The notes beneath the pieces were generated by a model. The model was not told where the DNA came from, did not search any database, and saw nothing but the letters and a program-made list of their open reading frames with translations. A program made the translations under genes and the position numbers. A DNA stretch of 64,000 nt from an uncultured Gemmataceae bacterium (GTDB lineage Bacteria; Planctomycetota; Planctomycetia; Gemmatales; Gemmataceae): assembly GCA_963750165.1 (NCBI GenBank), contig CAVVPN010000011.1, positions 736,001-800,000 of the forward strand, written 5' to 3'. Position 1 is the stretch's first letter; each line of letters starts with the position of its first letter. Of the stretch, positions 56,729 to 64,000 are shown piece after piece.

Positions 56729-59700
56729 ATGAATGCCGATCAGGTCCGTGCGATCTTCATCGAACTGGTGGCCCAGGTGCCCCCCGAGCAGTGGGACGCG
56801 CGCCTCGCCGAACTCGCAGGGGACGACGAGGAGGTGCGCGGCAAGGTGGCGGCGCTGCTGGCGGCGCACCGTAAGGCCGACAGCTTCCTCGAACGGCCCG
56901 CGGCTCCCCTCGCCGGCACCGTTGATGAACCCCCGGCCGCCGCCGTGCCCCCCGCCAGGGGCGCCGCCCCGGAGGAAACCCCCGGGACCGTGCTGGCCGG
57001 CCGCTACAAGCTGGTGGAGGCCATCGGCGAGGGCGGCATGGGGACCGTCTGGATGGCCCAGCAGACCGCGCCGGTCAAGCGTTTGGTGGCGGTTAAGCTC
57101 ATCAAGGCGGGGATGGACAGCAAGCAGGTGCTGGCCCGCTTCGCGGCGGAGCGGCAGGCGCTGGCGCTGATGGACCACCCCAACATCGCCCGGGTTTTCG
57201 ACGCCGGCACCACCGAGAGCGGCCGGCCGTACTTCGTCATGGAACTGGTCAAGGGCGTGCCGCTCACCGCCTACTGCGACCAGCAGCGCCTGACGCCGCG
57301 GCAGCGCCTGGAGTTGTTCGTGCCGGTGTGCCAGGCCATCCAGCACGCGCACCAGAAGGGCGTCATCCACCGCGACATCAAACCCAGCAATGTGCTGGTG
57401 GCGCTGTACGACGGCAAGCCGGTGCCCAAGGTGATCGATTTCGGCATCGCCAAGGCGACCGGGCCGCAGTTGACCGACCACACGCTGGTCACCGGCTTCG
57501 GCGCCATGGTCGGCACGCTGGAGTACATGAGCCCCGAGCAGGCCGAGCGCAACCAGCTGGACATCGACACGCGCAGCGACGTCTACGCGCTCGGCGTGCT
57601 GCTGTACGAGTTGCTGACGGGCACGACGCCGCTGCACCGTAAGCGCCTGAAGCAGGCGGCGGTGCTGGAACTGCTGCGCATCATCCGCGAGGAGGAACCC
57701 CAGCGGCCGAGCACGCGGTTGAGTGAGTCGAAGGAGTCGCTGCCGTCGATCTCGGCGCAGCGGCAGATGGAGCCTGCGAAGCTAACGCGGTTGGTGCGCG
57801 GCGAGCTGGACTGGATCGTGATGAAGGCGCTGGACAAGGACCGCAACCGCCGCTACGAGACGGCCAACGGCTTCGCGCTGGAGGTGCAGCGCTACCTCAG
57901 CGACGAGCCGGTGCTGGCCTGCCCGCCGTCGGTGGGCTACCGCTTCCGCAAGTTTGCGCGGCGGAACAAGGGTAGTCTCGCGGTGGCCGCCGGGTTGTGC
58001 CTGGCCGTGACGGTGGCGCTGGTCGCCTCGGTGGTCGCGTTCTTCCTGGTGAGCGACTCGCGGGACCAAGAGCGGGAGCAACGCCTCAAGGCGGTCGAAC
58101 TGGCCGAGCAAAAGAACCTGCTGGCCATCAAGGAAGAAGGGGCCAGAAAGGAGTCCGACCAGCGCCGCATCCTGGCGGAAAAACTGGCCGAGGCCAACAA
58201 AATGCTCGCCAAGGAGGAGGCGAATGCCCGCGCGGACGCCGACAAGCGCCGCCGGGAAGCCGAAGCCGCCGAAAAACAACGGGCCAAACAACTGCTGCGC
58301 GCCGAAAGCCTCCTGAACATCGTCCACGTTACTCAAGCCAACGACTACCTCCAGAAATTTGACCTCGTCGGCTGCCGCCTGGCCCTGGACGAGACGCGCT
58401 GGGATTTGCGTGGCCCGGAATATGGCTACCTCGTCAAGCAACTGGACAAAAAAGCGCGAACCTTGTTCGGCCACACGGGCGCGGTCAATTGCCTGGCGTT
58501 AGCGGCGGACGGCAAGCGCCTGTTCTCGGGTGGCGGTTCCAAGGACGGCACCATCAAGGTGTGGGACGTGGAGACGGGCAAGGAAACCCTGACCATGCTC
58601 GGCCACACGGACGGGGTCTTTAGCTTGGCGTTGTCGGCGGACGGCAAGCACCTGTTCTCGGGCGGAGGTGATAAGACCATCAAGGTGTGGGACCTGGAGT
58701 CGGGCAAGGAAACCCTCACCCTGAACGGCCACACGGGCTCGGTCTTGAGCCTGGCGTTAGCAGCGAACGGCAAGCGCCTGTTCTCGGGCGGCGGCGACAG
58801 GACCATCAAGGTGTGGGACCTGGAGTCGGGCAAGGAAACCCTCACCCTCCGCGGCCACCCGGGTCCGGTCTTTATCCTGGCGTTAGCGGCGGATGGCAAG
58901 CGCCTGTTCTCGAGTGGCTACGACAGCAGCAGCACCGTCAAGGTGTGGGATCTGGAGGCGGGTAAGGAAATCCTCACCCTGCGCGGCCATAGGGGCACGG
59001 TCAGGAGCCTGGCGTTGTCGGCAGACGGCAAACGCCTGTTCACCGGGAGTGCGTCCGTTCAAACTCCCGGGGAGATCAAGGTGTGGGACCTGGAGGCGGG
59101 CAAGGAAACCCTCACCCTCCGCGGCCACACGGAGTGGGTCACTTGCCTGGCGTTGTCGGCGGACAGCAAGCGCCTGTTCTCGGGCGGTGGCCTCCAGGAC
59201 GGCACCATCAAGGTGTGGGACCTGGAGACGGGCAAGGAAACCCTGACCATGCTCGGCCACACGGACGGGGTCTTTAGCTTGGCGGTGTCGGCGGACGGCA
59301 AGCGCCTGTTCTCGGGCGGAGGTGATAAGACCATCAAGGTGTGGGACCTGGAGGCGGGCAAGGAAGCCCGCACCCTCCGCGGCCACACGGGCACGGTCAG
59401 GAGCCTGGCGTTAGCTGCGGACGGTAAACGACTGTTCTCGTACGGGGTCGGCTTTCAGCACGACACCATCCAGGTGTGGGACCTGGAGGCGGGCAAGGTA
59501 GCCCTGACCCTGAACACGGCCCCCAAATTGTCAGGGGCACTTGCCTGGCGTTGTCGGCGGACGGCAAGCGGCTGTTCTCCGACATCGGCGGCCACAGCAT
59601 CAAGGTGTGGGACCTGGAGGCGGGCAAGGGACCCCGCACCCTGCGCGGCCACACGAAAGGGGTCACATGCTTGGCGTTGTCGGCGGACGGCAAGCGCCTG

Positions 59701-61182
59701 GTCTCGGGCGGCGGCGACAGGACCTTCAAGGTGTGGGACCTGGAGGCGGACAAGGAAACCCTCACCCTGCGCGGCCACACGTTCGGGGTCACTCGCCTGG
59801 CGTTGTCGGCGGACGGCAAGCGACTGGTCTCGGGCGGCGGCGACAACACCATCAAGGTGTGGGACTTGGAGGCGGGCAAGGAAACCCTCACCCTTCGCGG
59901 CCACACGGGCCCGGTCAGGTGCCTGGCGTTAGCGGCGGACGGCAAGAGGCTGTTCTCGGGTGGCCAGGATAATACCATCCGGGTGTGGGACCTGGAGGCG
60001 GGCAAGGAAGAATGCACGCTCCGCGGCCACACGGGCGAGGTCTTTAGCCTGGCGTTGTCGGCAGACGGCAAGCGGTTGTTCTCGGGCAGCAACGACAAGA
60101 CCATCAAGTTGTGGGATCTGGAGGCGGGCAAGGAAGCCCTCACCCTGACCGGCCACACGGGCGCGGTCAGGAGCCTGGCGTTAGCTGCGGACGGTAAACG
60201 ACTGTTCTCGGGTGGCGGCCCCATCGGTAACGGCCCCATCGACGGCACCATCAAGGTGTGGGACCTGGACCCGGGCAAGGAAGCCCTCGCCCTCCGCGGC
60301 CAAACGGGCGGAGTCTGCGACCTGGCGGTGTCGGCAGACGGCAAGCGGTTGTTCTCGGGCGGCGGCGACGACACGATCAAGGTGTGGGACCTGGAGGCGG
60401 GTAGGGAAGCCCTCACCCTGCGCGGCCACACGGGCCGGGTCAGGAGCCTGGCATTGTCGCCGGACGGCAAGCGGCTGTTCTCGGGGGGCGGGGGCCTTGG
60501 CAAGCCCGCCGAGATCAAGGTGTGGGACCTGGAAGTGGGCAAGGACACCCGCACCCTCCGCGGCCACACGGGCGAGGTCAACAGCCTGGCGGTGTCGGCC
60601 GACGGCAAGCGGCTGTTCTCCGCCAGCGACGACAAGACCATCAAGGTGTGGGACCCGGAGACGGGCAAGGAAGAACGCCCCCTGACCGGCCACACGGGCG
60701 GGGTCTGGTGCCTGACGGTGTCGGCCGATGGCAAGCGGCTATTCTCGGGTAGCAAGGACAAGACCATCAAGGTGTGGGACCTGGAGGCAGGCAAGGTAAT
60801 CCGCACCCTAACCGGCCACGCGGGCGGGGTCAGGAGCCTGGCGCTGTCGGCCGACGGTAAACGGCTGTTCTCGGGCAGCGACGACAAGACCATCAAGGTG
60901 TGGGACATGGAGGGGGGCAAGGAACCGCTGACCCTGCGCGGCCACACGGACGGGGTCAATCGCCTGGCGTTGTCGGCGGACGGCAAGCGGCTGTTCTCGG
61001 GCGGCGACAGCACCATCAGGGTGTGGGACCTGGAGACGGGCAAGGAAGCCCTGACCCTGCGCGGCCACACGGACAGGGTCTGGAGTCTGGCGCTGTCGGC
61101 CGACGGGAAACGGCTGTTCTCGGGCGGCGGCCCCAACGACAACACCATCAAGGTGTGGGATTTAAAGCAGTGGGTCCCCTGA
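56729..61182 (+). CDS. Ser/Thr kinase - TM - coiled coil - 21 WD40 repeats, frameshift near 59538
   Basis: GEGGMG, VAVK, HRDIKPSN, DFG and YMSPEQ; one TM; repeats continue in frame 59476-61182. Confidence 0.92.
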
Positions 61183-61384
61183 AAACCTGGAAAGTCCGCG
61201 ACATTCGGGAGGCGGCTTGATGACCAGGCCCGTGGGGCCGACTCCAGGCCATCCCGGCGGAGACCACGCGGCGATGAACAGGCACCCCAACTCGATCGCC
61301 CGCAGCCTCGGCCCGCTCGTCGAGCAGGTGCTCGCGCGTGCAAGCCGCCCGCCCGTCCGCCGCCGCCAGCGTCAACGCGCTCCA

Positions 61385-61670
61385 GGTAGAGCGAGTCTGC
61401 ACGGCTTCAATCGTGGCGCGGCCGCGGCCGTCGATCATTTCATCGCCAGCCAGTTGAGCCTGCTCGATGAGTTCGACCAAGGGGAGGAGATGCTGGCCTT
61501 CCTTTTTGAGAACTGGGGCGAGGGCCTGACTGTTCGAGCGATCGGAACCCTCGTACTCTACCAGTGTGTCGGCTCCTTTCGTGAGACGTCGGCATCCGCC
61601 TGATGGTTCCGTTAGGCCGATCGGAGCCGTCGCTCTTCATGGAACCATGAGATGGGGAAGGGACACTCTC
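61385..61670 (-). mobile_element. IS256-family left-end remnant
   Basis: Terminus GAGAGTGTCCC at 61670, GAAAGGAG leader, degenerate LLPLVELIEQAQLA..E.ID..GRATIEAV N-terminus. Confidence 0.5.
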
Positions 61671-61696
61671 GTCCCGTGAATTTCCAAGAGACGACC

Positions 61697-62701
61697 ATGA
61701 ATCGTTCATCCCGGCAGTTTCGAACCGCCCTGCTCGCTTTCGCATTCCTGGCTCTCTCAGCCACGGCAATCGCTGAGGATGGGCAGAAACCGGCACAACC
61801 CGCCAACGACCAGGAGGGGAGACTCAAGCCCGTGAAGGTGTTCATCCTGGCCGGGCAGTCGAACATGGAAGGGCAAGGGTTCATCAAGGCCGACCCGCGG
61901 CGCAACGGCGGCAAGGGGAGTCTGGAGTTCCTCGTCAAGGATTCAGCCACGGCGGACAAGTTCAAGCACCTCGTGGATAGGGACGGCAAGTGGGTCGTGC
62001 GCGACGATGTCTGGATTCACTATCTGGGCCGTAAGGGCAAGCTCACGGTGGGCTACGGGGCCAAGGAAGACCGGATCGGGCCGGAACTCGGGTTCGGCCA
62101 CGTGATCGGTGACGCCTTTGAGGAACCCGTTCTGCTCATCAAGCTCGCCTGGGGCGGGAAGAGCCTCGCCAGGGACTTCCGCCCGCCGAATTCGGGCGGC
62201 GAGGTCGGGCCGTACTACAAGGAGATCGTCGAGAGGACGAAGGCCGTGTTGAAAGACCTGAAGAAGGAGTTCCCGGGGTTCGGCGAACGCGGGTACGAGC
62301 TGGCCGGGTTCGGCTGGCACCAGGGGTGGAACGACCGCATCAACCAAGCGTTCAACGACGAGTACGAGAAGAACCTGGCCAACTTCATCCGCGACCTCCG
62401 CAAGGACCTCGGGGTGAAGAACCTCCCCTTCGTGATCGCAGAGACCGGGATGAGCGGTCCGGAGGAGAAACACCCCCGGGCGTTGTCCCTGATGAAAGCC
62501 CAGGCGGCGGTGGCCGAGTACGAGGAATTTAAGGGGAACGTGGCGTTCGTCGGGACGAAGGCCTTCTGGCGGGACAAGAGCGTGTCGCCGACCGGTCAAG
62601 CGTACCACTGGAACACCAACGCCGAGACCTACTACCTCATTGGCGAGGCGATGGGCATTGCCATGAAGAAGCTGTGCGTCGCGAAGCCTCCAGCCAAGTG
62701 A
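61697..62701 (+). CDS. Secreted sialate O-acetylesterase (SASA/SGNH) family protein
   Basis: Signal peptide; VFILAGQSNMEG, GPELGFG, WHQGWND and YHWN motifs. Confidence 0.88.
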   Translation: MNRSSRQFRTALLAFAFLALSATAIAEDGQKPAQPANDQEGRLKPVKVFILAGQSNMEGQGFIKADPRRNGGKGSLEFLVKDSATADKFKHLVDRDGKWVVRDDVWIHYLGRKGKLTVGYGAKEDRIGPELGFGHVIGDAFEEPVLLIKLAWGGKSLARDFRPPNSGGEVGPYYKEIVERTKAVLKDLKKEFPGFGERGYELAGFGWHQGWNDRINQAFNDEYEKNLANFIRDLRKDLGVKNLPFVIAETGMSGPEEKHPRALSLMKAQAAVAEYEEFKGNVAFVGTKAFWRDKSVSPTGQAYHWNTNAETYYLIGEAMGIAMKKLCVAKPPAK

Positions 62702-62735
62702 GTTGAATTGTTGCTCCAACCCCCGGAGGCTTCCA

Positions 62736-64000
62736 ATGCCGCGTGCGTTCTGCCGCTCTTGCGTGGCTGTTTGCTTCACCTTCGTCATTTTCTTCAAGCC
62801 GTCTTGCGTCTTTGCACAAGATGGGCCCGTCGTGAAGGCGGAGATGTCGGGTTACCTGCTCGTTCCGCACGGCAAGGTGTCTGAGAAGTACAACGCCGGG
62901 TTCTCCATGTACGTGGCGGCCTGGCCGCTGCTGAAGAAGTACCCGGGGCAGCAGTTCCAAAGCGGCCTGTTTGGCACGTGGATGTTCGCCCAGTTCGACG
63001 GACCGGCGCCGAAGGATCACTACTCCGACATTGAAGGTGGGCTCGGCTGGTGGCGGGACACGCGGTTCGCCACCGAGACGCCGAAGTTCATCATGGGCGG
63101 CGTGGCCCTGAACTTCAACGAGTGGGCGAACGGCCCTGGCGCCGGCAAGGGTCGAAATTGGAAGAAACCCGCGGGCCACTACGCCGTGGCCCAACTCAGC
63201 CCGTGGGTAATCTGGCCCCCGGACGGCCTCAACCTGAAGCAAGGGACGTCCGGGGAACTCTTCGGTTACGGCTACCTGCCCCTGCCGCTGACGCCACCCA
63301 AGAAGACCACCGCGGGAAAGAACGTGCCGACCGGGAACCACTGCTGGACCCTGTTCCTGAACACCGGCAACTTCAAAGGGCCGGTCGCGTTCTTCTTGCC
63401 GTATTTCTGGTCGCGTCCCTCCGTCGAGAACCCGAGCCTGGCGGGTTTGTTTCTCGACACCCGGCCGTCCGAGCCGAACAAGGCGGTCCAGATGGAGACC
63501 CAGCACATCCCCGCGTACCTGTCCAGGGACGTGAAGGGAGTCACCTACGCCCGCATCGCTCCCACCTTGTTCCCCGGGAAACCGGACGGTGATGCGGTGT
63601 TGATTCACCGCATCACCGCGTACAGCAAGGCCGCCCTGTGGGACCGCGTCCAGGCGTGGTTCGACGGCGGGCCGGCGGCGTCTGGCGAGATCGACCCCAA
63701 GGCCGCCACCGTGCACAAATTCGACAGCAAGGGCGGAGCGACGTGGCGAATCTATCCCCTCAACGCTCCCAAGAACAAGAAGGTGCCGCTCGCCTGGAAC
63801 TCGTTCGCCACCCCCGTCGCCATCGATGACTTCTCTTACGGATATCGCTGGGCCAAAGACGCAGTGACGAGCGCGGACGCGAAGGACGGGGCGCTCGTCA
63901 CCCTGCCCGAGTTCTACCGCTTGGAGAAGAATCAGAAGGGCAAGGAGCAATGGGCGGTGGTCAGCCCCAAGGACGTGCCGGCCGAGACCGGTTTGGCCAA
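62736..64000 (+). CDS. Secreted conserved hypothetical protein, runs off window
   Basis: GGAGG + ATG 62736; MPRAFCRSC..FAQDG..GFSMYVAAWPLL..IEGGLGWW. Absent from the ORF track, consistent with no stop inside the window. Confidence 0.75.
   Translation, partial: MPRAFCRSCVAVCFTFVIFFKPSCVFAQDGPVVKAEMSGYLLVPHGKVSEKYNAGFSMYVAAWPLLKKYPGQQFQSGLFGTWMFAQFDGPAPKDHYSDIEGGLGWWRDTRFATETPKFIMGGVALNFNEWANGPGAGKGRNWKKPAGHYAVAQLSPWVIWPPDGLNLKQGTSGELFGYGYLPLPLTPPKKTTAGKNVPTGNHCWTLFLNTGNFKGPVAFFLPYFWSRPSVENPSLAGLFLDTRPSEPNKAVQMETQHIPAYLSRDVKGVTYARIAPTLFPGKPDGDAVLIHRITAYSKAALWDRVQAWFDGGPAASGEIDPKAATVHKFDSKGGATWRIYPLNAPKNKKVPLAWNSFATPVAIDDFSYGYRWAKDAVTSADAKDGALVTLPEFYRLEKNQKGKEQWAVVSPKDVPAETGLA

Noticed and set aside
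58450..61182. WD40 array as a DGR target or CRISPR
   Set aside because: Repeats are in-frame coding units, variation is not adenine-specific by eye, and there is no reverse transcriptase in the window.
62637..63950. 437-aa minus-strand ORF
   Set aside because: Shadow of the plus-strand gene from 62736 that runs off the window.

Overview
High-GC bacterial DNA, most likely a planctomycete (Gemmataceae-like); this is inferred from the DUF4058 genes, the ECF sigma + Ser/Thr kinase pair and the PVC-type heme dehydrogenase. From left to right the window holds: an ISAzo13 end; an IS701 interrupting the last visible gene of a minus-strand type IV pilus/T2SS-like operon (PilC, PilZ-fused PilB, PilT, three prepilins); a metal-homeostasis operon (COG0523 GTPase, DUF1826, WD40, RHH-zinc-finger regulator); housekeeping and envelope genes scattered with REP/MITE palindromes (heme dehydrogenase, Thr dehydratase-like, tricorn protease, Flp pilin, a giant acidic-repeat membrane protein, larE); an IS630 remnant; tRNA-Phe; a ~12.3 kb tyrosine-integrase element integrated in tRNA-Phe (50-bp att repeats); an ECF sigma + kinase with 21 WD40 repeats; an IS256 remnant; and a SASA esterase. 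The best candidate for an undescribed system is in the tRNA-Phe element: a 977-aa protein of unknown function with a C-terminal EAD1-like domain directly followed by an EAD1-trypsin protease, next to an Abi-like nuclease. The same element also carries a minimal ADP-ribosyltransferase-fold gene and a ~224-nt rod-like inverted repeat behind a sigma-54-type promoter motif. All family assignments are from motif recognition by eye, not database searches. At least six otherwise intact genes carry single frameshifts, which are probably assembly indels.
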